Counted from the first letter of the stretch, positions 1 to 11,071 are shown. The stretch: DNA of 64,000 bases from an uncultured delta proteobacterium (GCA_963789265.1 CAWBKB010000005.1:160001-224000), one strand, 5' to 3'. Made by a program: numbers and translations. The notes: generated by a model from the sequence alone, not told the origin.

Positions 1-123
1 GGAAGAGTTGAAGGAGCGGCCGTGAGTATTTGATAGATAATCTGTCAAGGCGGTTGCGTGGGGAGGGAGAATCCACCCTCCCCGGCAGTTGGGGGAAACT
101 CAAATTTTGACGCGCTGTGAGGG

Positions 124-618
124 TCAGTGCTCGAAAAGCTTGATGCTGATCCCGTTAGGATCGGTCAAGGACGCATAGGTAACGCCGTCTCTCTTGCCGT
201 TGGTCTCCATAAAGGTCAGGCCTTTTGTCTTAAGGATTTGAACCGAGGCCGCCAAATCCTTTACTTTGAAGCTCATGCCGGAGACTCCTCCGGACACAGG
301 GCCGGTTTCGGCAAACTTGTTGTGGCAAATTTCCAGCTTGTACGGCGTTCCTTCCTTTTCCATACAAACCACATCGAGGCCCTTGGAAAGACCTTCACTG
401 GTACTGAAGCCCAGCTTCTTATAAAAGGTTATGGTCCTTTCGGGGTTTGAAGTGGGAATACCGATGGTAAGGGGGTAATCCTCGACCGCTGGCCGACTGA
501 AAGCCGAGGACTCAGCCTCGGTGTTGTGAGCGATCAGCAGAGCGAAAACTACGAGAAACATTATCGAGCAAGTAAACCCGAGAAAAAGCCTTCTGGCATG
601 GCCGGCGGGCAATTTCAT
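124..618 (-). CDS. VOC/glyoxalase-family protein with N-terminal signal anchor
   Basis: Motifs FYKKLGF, SFKVKDL and LTDPNGISIKLFE fit the VOC fold. Hydrophobic N-terminus. ATG at 618 follows an upstream GAAGGAGG. Confidence 0.7.
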   Translation of the reverse strand: MKLPAGHARRLFLGFTCSIMFLVVFALLIAHNTEAESSAFSRPAVEDYPLTIGIPTSNPERTITFYKKLGFSTSEGLSKGLDVVCMEKEGTPYKLEICHNKFAETGPVSGGVSGMSFKVKDLAASVQILKTKGLTFMETNGKRDGVTYASLTDPNGISIKLFEH

Positions 619-1008
619 GCTCGTCCAACCTCCTTCACCTCTCAAAAATACAACCAAAACGTTCCTTCCTTGCGAAAGGCACGCTAACTATACACAAATG
701 TTGGAATAAAAGCAAGGCTCAAGGTGACTTTTCTTGAGGACCTTACAAAAAAAATAACGCAATTCCGCGCGAAGCAGACCTTTTGGGGGTGTTTCTTACC
801 CTGCCTTCGATGCGAAACAAGTCTTCGTGGCGCAGCAATCGGATCTTTTTAGTTGCCACAATTGAAGCTTATCAGTCAAGCACAAAATAGAGGCCACCTA
901 CGTAAGGCCGATGAGAAGCCTTGTTTCGCAATATTGACTTTGCGGCACTTGACTCGCCGGCACTCCTTTGACTCCCCTCCCTTTGTCTCCTCATACCATG
1001 TCGTTATG

Positions 1009-1293
1009 TCATTCGGAATCGTCCCCAGACGTGCTTTGAGCCTGACTGTCGGAACCTGAGGTATCCCATTCGCCCGATACTTCCACATCGATTCCTTCTT
1101 GAGCCATTCGAGCCATCTCCCTGACGTTGATCGTCTGGGTGTCAGCGGCCGAGGGCGCGCATGAATTGCCGCAGGTCGATCTAATAACGGTTCCGCACCT
1201 CGGACATATTTCCAGACCGGATTTGATTCGCTCCGCAGATACCGATAGTCGGTTTCCACAGGTGCATTGCCATACATATTTTTCTCTATTCAT
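1009..1293 (-). CDS. Small zinc-ribbon protein with acidic C-terminal tail
   Basis: CTCG...CPRCG knuckles; Asp/Ser/Glu-rich C-terminus. Confidence 0.6.
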   Translation of the reverse strand: MNREKYVWQCTCGNRLSVSAERIKSGLEICPRCGTVIRSTCGNSCAPSAADTQTINVREMARMAQEGIDVEVSGEWDTSGSDSQAQSTSGDDSE

Positions 1294-1477
1294 GTTGCAC
1301 CAGCAAAAAGCACCTGCATCAACATATCGGATTTTGTCGGCACAGGCAAAGAGTTATTCTCCCGCATGAGACAGTTTCTCTCGCAATGAGCCGCTGCAAA
1401 AGTTACATTCTTTTGATCTGCGGCCATTACGGCAAGACCTCTATCTGCAAGCTAACATCGGCATAAGTCGAAAGCCC

Positions 1478-2929
1478 TCAGTACCAAGAAGAGAAGGGGG
1501 AGAGTTTCGGCCTTTCCCCTGAGCGTAAATAAGCCAGGGCTGCTTTTACGCCCGCATCATTTCTTAATTGTTCGCCGTCCAAAAGGTCGATTCTTCCTTG
1601 AGTCGAACTATCATCCGAATCGGGGACCCGAATGTCTGGCTCAAGCCCTTTCCCGTCGATGTCGCGACCCACGGCGGTATAGTAGTGCGCAGTCGTCAGG
1701 CGTATGGCCATTCCCCGGCCGAGGGGAAAGACTGCTTGAACGGACGCCTTCCCAAAACTGCGGTCTCCTATCACTGAGACTTTCGGTAAACCCTGAAGTG
1801 CTCCTGCCAGGATCTCGGAAGCACTGGCGGTACCTCTATTTATAAGGATCGCGATAGGAAATTGCGGCATACGGCCACGGCCGTTTGCCTTGAAGTCACG
1901 GTTCAAGTTGCTCTGGCGCCCTTTGACGGAAGTCAAGATTCCGGAGGATTTGAAGAGATTGGCCACCTGAATCGACTCCCCGAAAAGCCCGCCCGGATTG
2001 TCACGAAGGTCAAGAATTAGCCCTGCCAATCCCCTGGGGCCGTGAGCTAACATACGGCCTAAAGCCTTTCGTACTTGTCCCGCAGTCCCTTTCTGAAAGT
2101 TGACGATTCTCAAATAGCCTATCCTGCGCGCAAGGAACAGTTCGCGTACAGGCGGGATCTCGATCATCCGTCGCCGAAGCTCTATCTGTCGAACACTGCC
2201 CGATTTTGTGTCCATCACCTTGACAGACATACTCGAACCTGCCGGGCCTCGGACTCTACGCAGAACTTGCAACAAAGATAAACCGTGAAGCGGTTGGCCG
2301 TCAATTTGCAATATTCTGTCGCCGGCCTTGATGCCCGCTTTGTAAGCAGGTGAGCCCGCAAACGGCGAAACTACAACATAGTCCCCTTCTTTCGAGCTCA
2401 CGACCATACCAACTCCGCCAAACTTGCCTGTAGTCCCGATTTCAAGTTCCTTGAGCATCCCGGCATCCATCATACAGGAATTCGGATCCAGATCCCGTAA
2501 CACCATGTCCAGAACCGTAAAAAGCAGCCGATTGACGTCCAGGTTGCAGCGCGCAGACATCCTATTGATATCGTTTACGAAGCACTCATCGATGTCTCCC
2601 GAGCATTTCCCGATGTCTTCGACACACTGGGGGAGCACGATCAGCACCAATTTGTTCATAATCATCCTGAGAAGGTCATTGGCCGATATCTTCTCAACGT
2701 AGTTTGCTACAATCAAGTGTATGCAATTCCTGAACAGTTCTAACCTGTTTCCCGCGCCGGCGAGCGAGCCGGCACCCCCGGGCCGAGCTATACCGAGATC
2801 CGGCAAGGCTTCATGCCTGGCTATCAGACCTGATTCAGCCGTAGCCGACCGCGGAGACAATGTCCCGGCTTGGACAAGAAGGAACGGCTCACACACGATT
2901 ACTATGATGACAATCAGGTACTTGAGCAA
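1478..2929 (-). CDS. ctpA: S41 family carboxy-terminal processing protease (PDZ + peptidase S41)
   Basis: GKFGGVG PDZ loop, LILDLRDNPGG, catalytic TASASEI and SFGKASVQ; signal peptide. Confidence 0.9.
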   Translation of the reverse strand: MLKYLIVIIVIVCEPFLLVQAGTLSPRSATAESGLIARHEALPDLGIARPGGAGSLAGAGNRLELFRNCIHLIVANYVEKISANDLLRMIMNKLVLIVLPQCVEDIGKCSGDIDECFVNDINRMSARCNLDVNRLLFTVLDMVLRDLDPNSCMMDAGMLKELEIGTTGKFGGVGMVVSSKEGDYVVVSPFAGSPAYKAGIKAGDRILQIDGQPLHGLSLLQVLRRVRGPAGSSMSVKVMDTKSGSVRQIELRRRMIEIPPVRELFLARRIGYLRIVNFQKGTAGQVRKALGRMLAHGPRGLAGLILDLRDNPGGLFGESIQVANLFKSSGILTSVKGRQSNLNRDFKANGRGRMPQFPIAILINRGTASASEILAGALQGLPKVSVIGDRSFGKASVQAVFPLGRGMAIRLTTAHYYTAVGRDIDGKGLEPDIRVPDSDDSSTQGRIDLLDGEQLRNDAGVKAALAYLRSGERPKLSPFSSWY

Positions 2930-3180
2930 ATTGATTCCCTGGAGGACATACTTATTACGCCCGTTGCGAGTCTCTCCGCCCGGCGTAGGAGGGTCGTGTT
3001 TTTGGGCCGAGGGTTTGCCCTTGTCTGAAAACGTTAACTTAGACCCGGCATATCCGCACCCTATATTACATCATGACATGCCAAGCGCGCCGTATCAACC
3101 CCACAGCAAAATGAGGGCCTCTTGTCGAATGCCCACCGCTCTACCCGTTTGCCGCGGCGTGGTCTCTATAGCAACACTTA

Positions 3181-3338
3181 GTAGAATTTCATAATTACGG
3201 TGCCAATTGCACGGTAGCGCCGGCGTCTCTGCCGGCGTTTTGCGAAAACCGGCACGGAGGCCGGTCCTGGATTCCCGCGTGCGCGGGAATGACGGCTAAG
3301 GTACCAGAATACGAGACCGTATTTGCGAAAAGAAGTAC
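3181..3338. mobile_element. MITE-like element (family A), TTA flanks, palindromic cargo
   Basis: Imperfect TIRs gtagaatttcataattacggt / accgtatttgcgaaaagaagtac with TTA on both sides. Related ends at 10491, 44735-44907 and 51769-51979. Confidence 0.6.
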
Positions 3339-3455
3339 TTAGGTCTTGACCTTGGACTGATAAGGCAACAAAATGGAAGGCTGTGATGAAAAGCTATTAC
3401 CCTCCCCCTTGCTGTCGCTGCAAACCTTAGCCACACGGGACGAAAGGCCACTGCG

Positions 3456-6140
3456 ATGCCTAAATTTGCCTCAGAATGCTCCGGAAAATCGAGTCAGCGT
3501 CTGAAAGAAAGTGAGATGAGTTACAAGGTCCTCTTCGAGGCCGCGCCTTTGGGAATTTTAATATATTCAAAGGACGGGCAAGTCCTTGGTGCAAATCGGT
3601 TCCTCCTTGATGTGCTCGGCTCCCCTTCTCTCGAAGATACCAAACGGATCAACCTCTTCACTTTCAAGAACCTCAAAATTTCGGGAATATCGGAGTTCCT
3701 CGCAGGCGCCCTGGAACGGACGGAGCCCGGGCAACTGGAAAGCCTTTATACATCAAAATGGGGAAAGACAGCTTACGTGGAGGTCATTGCGGTTCCTTTA
3801 CTCGAAGACGGCTCCACTTGCGAGAAGGCTATAGCAATAGTGCAGGATGTTACGGCTCAGAAAAGAACTCAAGGTCATTTACTTAAGAGTGAGATAAGAT
3901 TCCGGTTATTGGCCGACAAGATCCCCCTGGGAATAGCGATTGTCGACTACACAGACCACATTGAGTACATGAACCCCATGTTCACGAAGATATTCGGGTA
4001 CCCCTCGAAGGAAACCCAAACTTTGCAGTTCTGTCTGGACAAGGCCATTCCGGATGTCGCGTCACGGAACGCCGTAGCCCGGCTTAGTCGATGTCAGAGA
4101 GATTTTGAAGCAGGGAACGCCGATCAAGACCCGATCGTTATATCGTGCAGTGATGGCTCATCAAAAAACATTCGTTTCAGAGCATTTTTTCTTGATGAGG
4201 AAAAACGGGTCATCATTTGCGAGGACAATTCCGAACTGGTCCACTCATTCGAACAGTGCCGCGCCTCGGAAGAAAAATATGCCGGGCTCCTGGAAAACCT
4301 ATCCGACTTGGTTTACTGCTTGGACGTTCAAGGAACCTTGTTGAGTGTCAACAGGTCCGCTGCACAGCTCTTGGGTTATGAGCCCGGAGAACTCATCGGG
4401 CACAATATTGAAGAGATCATTCCGGAGCCCGTTCGAAAATACATTCCGGACAATTTGCAACGGGTTTTGGAAGAGGGCTTCGCGCAGGGTTTATCGCAGT
4501 ACATGGCAAAGGACGGGTCCATATATTATCTCGAGTACCGCAGCACTCTAATCCAGCCTCGCGATCAGCCCAGCTATGTCGTAGGAGTCGCCCGCGACGT
4601 TACGGATCGTGTACTGACGAAGAAGGCCCTGAAGGAATCTGAGGCCAAGTTCAAACTCCTTATAGATAGCGCTCATGATGGGATCGTCTATGTTGACGCA
4701 AGCGGTACCATACAGTTCTGTAATCCGAGGATGAAAGCGATACTGAGGGATGCCGCGCCGGAAGGCAAAAATTTAAGGGAATATTATGACGAAGAAAATA
4801 GGAGAGTACTAGAAGATAATTTGGCAGCGAGGCCGAAAGGAGATAGCACCACCTACTCAATCGCTCTCTCAGACCTTGAAGGGAATCAGCACAGCTTGGT
4901 GATAAGCGGAACCCCTTATTTCGACAGCAGGGGCAATTACCTGGGAGCAGTCGGAGTGTACACGGATGTAAGTGAGCTTAAGAAGCTTGAAGCTCAACTC
5001 CAGCAGTCCCAAAAGATGGAGGCTATTGGGACGCTCGCCGGAGGAATAGCTCACGATTTCAATAACATACTTAGTGGGGTCCTCGGGTACTCTTCCCTTC
5101 TTAAAAAACATACCCTTCCCGATTCTCAACTAACCCACTACGTTGAAATGATAGAAAAGAGCGCAGAGAGAGGCGCAACGCTTGCAGGCCAGCTCCTTGC
5201 GTTTTCCCGAAAAGGCAAACGTTTTCTTCAGCCTGTCGACGTGCATCAACTGATTGACGACGTGACCGAAATCCTGAAGCGTACTCTTGACCGAAAAATT
5301 GCAGTGCAGTGCCTCAAAAATGCTTATGCAAGCACCGTGGACGGCGATCCCGGGCAGATCCAGCAGGTGCTGATGAACCTGTGCATCAACGCCAAGGATG
5401 CCATGCCTGAAGGCGGACGTTTAATTCTGACAACAAAAACAGTTGAGTTGGGCGAGACTTTTTGCCGAGGTCATGACGGCCTGGATCCAGGACTTTTTCT
5501 TGAGATTAACGTTGAGGACACAGGGGAGGGGATGAGCGAGCAAATCAAGAGCAGGCTTTTCGAGCCATTCTTTACCACCAAGGAAGAGGGCAAGGGCACC
5601 GGATTGGGGCTTGCAATGGTCTACGGGGCCGTCAAGGGACACGGTGGCATCGTCAAAGTTTATTCTGAAGTGGGACGTGGGTCGGTCTTTAAGGTGTTAT
5701 TGCCCTTAAGAGGAGAGTGTTTCCCGATTAGGGCCGATTCCATCGAGAAAAGGACCACTCTGGGAACAGGCACAGTACTTGTCGTGGACGACGAGGACAT
5801 CATCAGGAACCTTCTCGGTGAAATGCTGGAAGAGTTAGGATTTACGGTAATTTCAGCCCGTGACGGAGAAGAAGGCCTCGCAACATATCGTGAACGGTGG
5901 CAAGAGATTGATGTGGTCATTGTAGATATGATTATGCCCAAGCTGAGTGGCAGGGAATTATTTCTGGAAATGAAGAACATTAATCCGTCCGTGCGTGTGA
6001 TACTGTCAACAGGCTTTACAAAGGAGGGCGCAGTTCAGGAGACACTTGACGAGGGGATCACGTGGTTTATTCAGAAGCCTTACCGACTCGAAGAACTGTC
6101 CGAGGCCATGTTTCAGGCACTTTCCAGTAAAGAAGATTAA
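3456..6140 (+). CDS. Multi-PAS hybrid sensor histidine kinase (4 PAS, HisKA, HATPase, REC)
   Basis: H-box [11 protein letters not shown]-box [11 protein letters not shown]-boxes DTGEGM and GTGLGL, C-terminal REC VLVVDDE...DMIMP...KP. Confidence 0.93.
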   Translation: MPKFASECSGKSSQRLKESEMSYKVLFEAAPLGILIYSKDGQVLGANRFLLDVLGSPSLEDTKRINLFTFKNLKISGISEFLAGALERTEPGQLESLYTSKWGKTAYVEVIAVPLLEDGSTCEKAIAIVQDVTAQKRTQGHLLKSEIRFRLLADKIPLGIAIVDYTDHIEYMNPMFTKIFGYPSKETQTLQFCLDKAIPDVASRNAVARLSRCQRDFEAGNADQDPIVISCSDGSSKNIRFRAFFLDEEKRVIICEDNSELVHSFEQCRASEEKYAGLLENLSDLVYCLDVQGTLLSVNRSAAQLLGYEPGELIGHNIEEIIPEPVRKYIPDNLQRVLEEGFAQGLSQYMAKDGSIYYLEYRSTLIQPRDQPSYVVGVARDVTDRVLTKKALKESEAKFKLLIDSAHDGIVYVDASGTIQFCNPRMKAILRDAAPEGKNLREYYDEENRRVLEDNLAARPKGDSTTYSIALSDLEGNQHSLVISGTPYFDSRGNYLGAVGVYTDVSELKKLEAQLQQSQKMEAIGTLAGGIAHDFNNILSGVLGYSSLLKKHTLPDSQLTHYVEMIEKSAERGATLAGQLLAFSRKGKRFLQPVDVHQLIDDVTEILKRTLDRKIAVQCLKNAYASTVDGDPGQIQQVLMNLCINAKDAMPEGGRLILTTKTVELGETFCRGHDGLDPGLFLEINVEDTGEGMSEQIKSRLFEPFFTTKEEGKGTGLGLAMVYGAVKGHGGIVKVYSEVGRGSVFKVLLPLRGECFPIRADSIEKRTTLGTGTVLVVDDEDIIRNLLGEMLEELGFTVISARDGEEGLATYRERWQEIDVVIVDMIMPKLSGRELFLEMKNINPSVRVILSTGFTKEGAVQETLDEGITWFIQKPYRLEELSEAMFQALSSKED

Positions 6141-6295
6141 TTTCTTCGGCGAACAACGAACCGGCACTGACCTGGCACCATGACGGTGCCTAGGGCAGTG
6201 GCACCCAACATCCATCCATCATGAGGCCCTGGGTGCCACGGATCTGGGCTTTGGCAGATCCGTGCTGTATTTACCATTTGACAACCAAACCAGTA

Positions 6296-7723
6296 TCACT
6301 TGCGCGAAAGCGAACCGTTATAAGACATTGGATCAGCGCCTTTTTCAATGCGAGCTACCAGAATGCGACGTGTTTGGCTGACGATCGGAGCCGCGTCACC
6401 CCTGCGGACGCCCGGAATCCAGAGTATGGTGTCATCTTTCAGGAGCAGGGGCATTCTTGCCCTGAGATGCCTGGGTATTTTCCGGTCTATCAGCACCTTT
6501 TTCAACTTTCGCGTTCCCTGCAGGCCCCACGGTTTGAAGCGGTCGCCCGGATTGGGGTGACGGATGGTAAGCGGAAAAGGGACCTCATCTGCATCGAACG
6601 CGGCCGATGCAATTCCATCAAATTCGCTTGGTCGCGCCGCCTCTCTTTCGAGAACTTGTAACCTCAAGGTGAGCCCGGACTCGGGCACTTGCACGATCCC
6701 GGGCTCCGCGACGACGATAGAAAACAGAGGTGTCAGGACAGCGTCTTCTCTCCTGAAAAGGACGAGTCTGTCGTACTCTCTGGCCGCCACCAGCCTACCG
6801 GCGAGATGTGCTTCGGCAGAGGGTACAGGTGAAAGGAGCAGCTTCCAAACCGTCTCGACATGAGACCGCGACCACCGCGTATCAGGACCCGAGACCCTGT
6901 AAAGAGCAAGAAGAATCACTCTGGAAACCAGCACTCTATGAGCTGAACTCAGACCCGGCACGCTCATTATAACTCTTGTCTCATTGGCCGAAACGCTTCG
7001 CGAGTAGAGCTCCTGCGCCAGGTCATTGAGAAACCCGTTTTCTTCCTTAAGAAGGTCGATGGTGCGTTGCAGAGGCTTGCTGAAATTTGGAAAACGCTCT
7101 TCAATTGTGGGGATGAGGCGGTTTCTTACGAAGTTTCGGTCAGAGGAGATTTCAAGGTTGGTCGAGTCAACCCTGTAGGGAATCCTCGCCTCCGCCAAGA
7201 AACGTAGGATGGCGGCCCGCGACGTCTCTATAAGAGGCCGCACCACTCGCCCGCGAGCCGGCATAATACCGGTGAGACCTTTGAGCGAAGACCCGCGAAA
7301 GATCCTTAGGAAAAAGGTCTCGCCTACGTCGTCCAAGTGATGGGCTGTGGCTATCACCTTAGCCCCGGAAGATGCCCTGATTTCCTCGAAGAATGCATAT
7401 CGGGCATGCCGTCCGGCTTCCTCCACACTTATCCTTCGTTCGGCTGCAATGGCCCGGACATTGATTCTTCTTATCTCAGCCTCCATGCCTAGTCCTAGGC
7501 TCATTTCCTTTACAAATTCGGCATCTGCTGCGGATTCGGGCCGAAGTGCATGATCCAGATGCGCGGGCACTATCCAGAATCCCATATCGGGACGAAGCAT
7601 GTTCAAGATATGCAGCAATGCCGTAGAGTCAGGGCCTCCAGAAACCGCTGCCACTACGCCATCACCGGCCTCGAACATCCCGTGAAGTGTGATTACCCTT
7701 CTTACCGATGGAAGTAGAGTCAA
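6296..7723 (-). CDS. tilS: tRNA(Ile)-lysidine synthetase
   Basis: PP-loop AVSGGPDS, AHLDHALR, TAHHLDD, RNFVRNRLIP and TilS C-terminal GDRF...KLKKVLID. Start codon (TTG 7723) is uncertain. Confidence 0.93.
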   Translation of the reverse strand: MTLLPSVRRVITLHGMFEAGDGVVAAVSGGPDSTALLHILNMLRPDMGFWIVPAHLDHALRPESAADAEFVKEMSLGLGMEAEIRRINVRAIAAERRISVEEAGRHARYAFFEEIRASSGAKVIATAHHLDDVGETFFLRIFRGSSLKGLTGIMPARGRVVRPLIETSRAAILRFLAEARIPYRVDSTNLEISSDRNFVRNRLIPTIEERFPNFSKPLQRTIDLLKEENGFLNDLAQELYSRSVSANETRVIMSVPGLSSAHRVLVSRVILLALYRVSGPDTRWSRSHVETVWKLLLSPVPSAEAHLAGRLVAAREYDRLVLFRREDAVLTPLFSIVVAEPGIVQVPESGLTLRLQVLEREAARPSEFDGIASAAFDADEVPFPLTIRHPNPGDRFKPWGLQGTRKLKKVLIDRKIPRHLRARMPLLLKDDTILWIPGVRRGDAAPIVSQTRRILVARIEKGADPMSYNGSLSRK

Positions 7724-7928
7724 TTCCGATCCGTGTCGCTCAGTTTGCAAGACGTTCCTCAGTACAGTAAATTCGACCCATCGGAGTGCAAGCCTTTTGC
7801 GATGCGTTAGCACAGAAAATCGTCTGACGCAGCTATCTCTTCTTGATCTCCAGAATAAAAGACTCTACCTTGAGAGGCGAGGGGATTCCAGCAAGTCAAC
7901 CATAGCAACTAAAAGGATACTAAGAGAG

Positions 7929-8381
7929 ATGCTCCCTCGAAAGATACTCCTTTGCACCGACTTCTCCGATAACTCCAAGCCTGCCCGAAAGTACGCAGTT
8001 GATTACGCCAAAGCGTTTAACGCCGAATTAATGATCTTCCACGTGATCAACTCGTCTCGAATAGGGTATCCGTCGCTTGAGGAGGGGATTCCTGTGGACA
8101 TACGGTCGGCTTTGTCCGATATCCAGCAATCGGTGGAAAAGGCGCTGGATTTTGTGGCATCTGAATGCCGAAAAGAAGTGGGCCAAGTGCAAACTTCGGT
8201 TCGCATAGGGACCCCCGCCAGGGAAATAGTGCGATTCGCGGAAGAGGAGTCAGTCGATTTGATTGTAACAGGGACCCACGGCTGGACCGGATTCAAACAT
8301 CTGATAATGGGAAGCACCGCGGAAAATGTCGTAAGGACTGCTCGCTGCCCCGTGCTTACCGTAAAGTCGCCTGGGGAATAG
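7929..8381 (+). CDS. Universal stress protein (UspA family)
   Basis: KILLCTDFS...DLIVTGTHG...MGSTAENVVRTARCPVLTV. Confidence 0.93.
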   Translation: MLPRKILLCTDFSDNSKPARKYAVDYAKAFNAELMIFHVINSSRIGYPSLEEGIPVDIRSALSDIQQSVEKALDFVASECRKEVGQVQTSVRIGTPAREIVRFAEEESVDLIVTGTHGWTGFKHLIMGSTAENVVRTARCPVLTVKSPGE

Positions 8382-8395
8382 ATCAGAGACCGCTG

Positions 8396-9217
8396 CTACT
8401 CTGTGGCTATGGGCGGCAAGCCGAAAATGCGTATGGCATTCATAGCCGTCGTCCGACAGATCTCGTCGAATGAGACCCCTCTCACTTCCGCTATCTTCCG
8501 GGCCGTATACACAATGTACGCAGGCTCATTATTCTTCCCGCGCAGAGGCTCCGGAGCAAGGAAAGGACAATCGGTTTCCAAAAGGAGCTTGTCCGGAGGC
8601 AGGGATGCAACGATGGATCGAAGCGTTTCGTTCTTCTTGTACGTCACTGTACCAGGTATCGAAACATGAAATCCGAGATCCAAGGCGCGCCTAGCGTCGG
8701 CTTCACTCCCGGAAAAACAATGGATTATGCCTCCGGCAGGGAAAGGTCCCGCCTGTTCCAGCATATCGAGCCCTTGCTCGTACGCGTTGCGCAGATGAAT
8801 CACGACCGGTTTTCCCAGATTCTTACCTAGAGATAGCTGATCGGCAAATACGTCGATCTGGCGGTCTCGGGGAGAAAGATTTCGAAAAAAATCCAGTCCG
8901 ATTTCACCGTATCCGACTACGCGCGAGTGGTGCGCCAGTGTCTCCATGCTCAGAAGAGCCTCTTCATCAACATCCTTGGCAGTGTGCGGATGGAAACCAA
9001 CGCAAGCAAAAACAGTTTCAAAACGGTCAGCCAAAGCGACTGCGCTCTTCGCGTCATCAAGATCGATCCCCACTGTGACAACGTAGCCTACGCCCGCGGC
9101 GGATGCTCTTCGCACCACTGCGTCCACATCGGACACAAGCGGCTCCAGTTCCAGATGAGCATGGGAATCCACAAGGAAAGGACGGACCAGTTCTCGTTGC
9201 TTGACATGCTCATCCAT
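8396..9217 (-). CDS. tatD: TatD-family hydrolase
   Basis: DSHAHL, GFHPH, GEIGLDF, IHCFSG, LLETDCPFLAP. Confidence 0.93.
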   Translation of the reverse strand: MDEHVKQRELVRPFLVDSHAHLELEPLVSDVDAVVRRASAAGVGYVVTVGIDLDDAKSAVALADRFETVFACVGFHPHTAKDVDEEALLSMETLAHHSRVVGYGEIGLDFFRNLSPRDRQIDVFADQLSLGKNLGKPVVIHLRNAYEQGLDMLEQAGPFPAGGIIHCFSGSEADARRALDLGFHVSIPGTVTYKKNETLRSIVASLPPDKLLLETDCPFLAPEPLRGKNNEPAYIVYTARKIAEVRGVSFDEICRTTAMNAIRIFGLPPIATE

Positions 9218-9308
9218 GGGATCCCTCGAATGATTAGGAGAAATAAAAAGAAGTGCCCCAAGATATACCATCCCGGAGTTCGGCCGCAATATTACGGCAG
9301 GGAAGCGA

Positions 9309-10310
9309 TCACGCGGAGGGGAAAGGAAAGCGTTCCACCATCGGATTGTCCTTGCTGAAGGTTTGGACCACCTCACGCACGTGCTGATACATTGTCACAA
9401 AATCCAGTGAATTTGCTTTGTTGGGATCGAGGGCATCGAAGATGATCTGTCGGAAAAGTTCGACTTCTTCCGATGCTGCCACCTGAGAGCCCCCGCCAGT
9501 CTTCGTTTCTCCTTGCACGATCGAACTCAATGGTTTGTCATTTTGAAGGGAGACAAACAGATCACTGAGAAAACTTTCCGACCCCGCTTCTTGTTGGTCC
9601 GTACTCCCCATCTCGACGATAGTCCTTGCCAGATGCGTGAAACAGAATGTGGTTTCAGACTGCGGCGCCATAACCACGAAAGGCAGCCGTTCTTGCAAAG
9701 CCGAAACCATGAGAGGCTCGTATGGCACATATCCGAGGCAAGTCGAGGCCACCCCCAATATCTTGCCGAGATCGTGCCCCAGTCGATTAGACATCGCTTC
9801 CGCGATCTCCGGTACAGGGACCTTGTTAAGGATCATGAAGATACGTTTTCCGAGTGCAATTCTGTGCAAAGTTGTTATGAATGCGGTGGCTTCGGCGCTT
9901 GCTACATCTTCGGGCGTGACCACTGCCAAAACATGAGCGGGGCCCGCCAGGTCTCCTGCAGGAGTGTCGATAAGAATAAAATGGTATTGGCTCAAGAATG
10001 GAGCCAGAGACAGCAAATGGGACATCTTATCTTTGCCGCTCCATCCAACGGGCTCCCCGAGAGCCACGAGGCTCACATTGTGCCCCCACGAAACAATGAC
10101 TTCTTCGGCTGAACAATATCCCCATACAAGGTCGTTCAAAGTGTGCAGAGGTTGCAATCCGAGGGCTGTACCAACATTCGTGACTGAAGCGTTCATGTCC
10201 AGCAGCAAAACAGTGGCACCTATCTTCCCCAACGTAACAGCGGTGTTCAATGCCAGACAGGTTTTCCCGGGCGATTCTTTTCCACTGGTAAAGGCTAGGA
10301 TTTCACACAT
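9309..10310 (-). CDS. Degenerate MinD/FlhG-family P-loop protein
   Basis: AFTSGKESPGKT (deviant Walker A), VLLLD, ILIDTPAG, ILNKV, LGYVP. Confidence 0.75.
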   Translation of the reverse strand: MCEILAFTSGKESPGKTCLALNTAVTLGKIGATVLLLDMNASVTNVGTALGLQPLHTLNDLVWGYCSAEEVIVSWGHNVSLVALGEPVGWSGKDKMSHLLSLAPFLSQYHFILIDTPAGDLAGPAHVLAVVTPEDVASAEATAFITTLHRIALGKRIFMILNKVPVPEIAEAMSNRLGHDLGKILGVASTCLGYVPYEPLMVSALQERLPFVVMAPQSETTFCFTHLARTIVEMGSTDQQEAGSESFLSDLFVSLQNDKPLSSIVQGETKTGGGSQVAASEEVELFRQIIFDALDPNKANSLDFVTMYQHVREVVQTFSKDNPMVERFPFPSA

Positions 10311-10530
10311 GGTCAGAGACACTCCTACTTGCGGAACGGCATGCCAATAAATTCATTGTGATTAATATTAGCTTATATTATCATTATTTGCAATAATTAA
10401 TTAATGTAAAACGTCGCTTAATACATATAAGCGTTTTAACCGTTCAGCGGAAAAGATTCTCGGATTCCATCAGCCATTGACAACACCTTAGTGCTCTGTT
10501 TCATAAATTCGGTCGCGGATTTTCACCGTG

Positions 10531-10605
10531 GAGCTTGCTTCGTCGTTTCACTTCTCGCAATGACACCATCCATGCCTGTCATTGCGAGCGAAGCGAAGCA
10601 ATCGC
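10531..10605. repeat. Palindromic REP-like doublet (GTCATTGCGAG...AGCAATC family), left flank of GIY-YIG gene
   Basis: ttgcttcg...ctcgcaatgaca-spacer-tgtcattgcgag...cgaagcaa; near-identical copy at 10979-11053. Confidence 0.85.
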
Positions 10606-10668
10606 AAGGGCTTACGAAACGACGAAGGGAAACTGTTTCGTCGCGTGGCTTCTGGTAATTCCATAAAC

Positions 10669-10932
10669 ATGGAGCGACAATACTACGTCTACATTCTCAC
10701 CAATCGCAGTAACACGGTCCTGTACACCGGAGTGACCGGCGACCTCAAGAGACGCGTCTGGCAGCACCGAAAGAAGCTGGTGCCAGGCTTTACTCAGCGG
10801 TACAAAGTTTACAAACTAGTGTTTCACGAGATCACGTGTGATGTGCATGTGGCGATAGCCCGAGAAAAACAGACAAAGGCAGGTTCTCGCCAGAAGAAAA
10901 TTGATCTTATCGAAGCCATGAATCCCGAATAG
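10669..10932 (+). CDS. Stand-alone GIY-YIG nuclease (YhbQ-like), slightly truncated at C-terminus
   Basis: YYVYILTNRSNTVLYTGVT, LKRRVWQH, AIAREKQ. The usual NPEWxDL motif reads NPE-TAG-QDLY. Confidence 0.85.
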   Translation: MERQYYVYILTNRSNTVLYTGVTGDLKRRVWQHRKKLVPGFTQRYKVYKLVFHEITCDVHVAIAREKQTKAGSRQKKIDLIEAMNPE

Positions 10933-10978
10933 CAAGATCTATACGAATACTTGTGGGAAATCACCCGGAGCGAAACTG

Positions 10979-11053
10979 GAGATTGCTTCGTCGTTTCTCT
11001 CCTCGCAATGACACCTTCCATGCCTGTCATTGCGAGCAAAGCGAAGCAATCTC
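10979..11053. repeat. Palindromic REP-like doublet, right flank of GIY-YIG gene
   Basis: gagattgcttcg...ctcgcaatgacaccttccatgcctgtcattgcgagcaaagcgaagcaatctc. Confidence 0.85.
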
Positions 11054-11071
11054 TTCCTTTAAACCCCGCTC

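Noticed and set aside
10331..10347. Possible sigma-54 promoter TGGCATGCCGTTCCGC on the minus strand
   Set aside because: GG-to-GC spacing is off by one and the TTGC element is missing.
10930..10932. Pyrrolysine or amber read-through in the GIY-YIG gene
   Set aside because: The position corresponds to a conserved Trp (TGG to TAG is one change), and no pyl genes are in the window.
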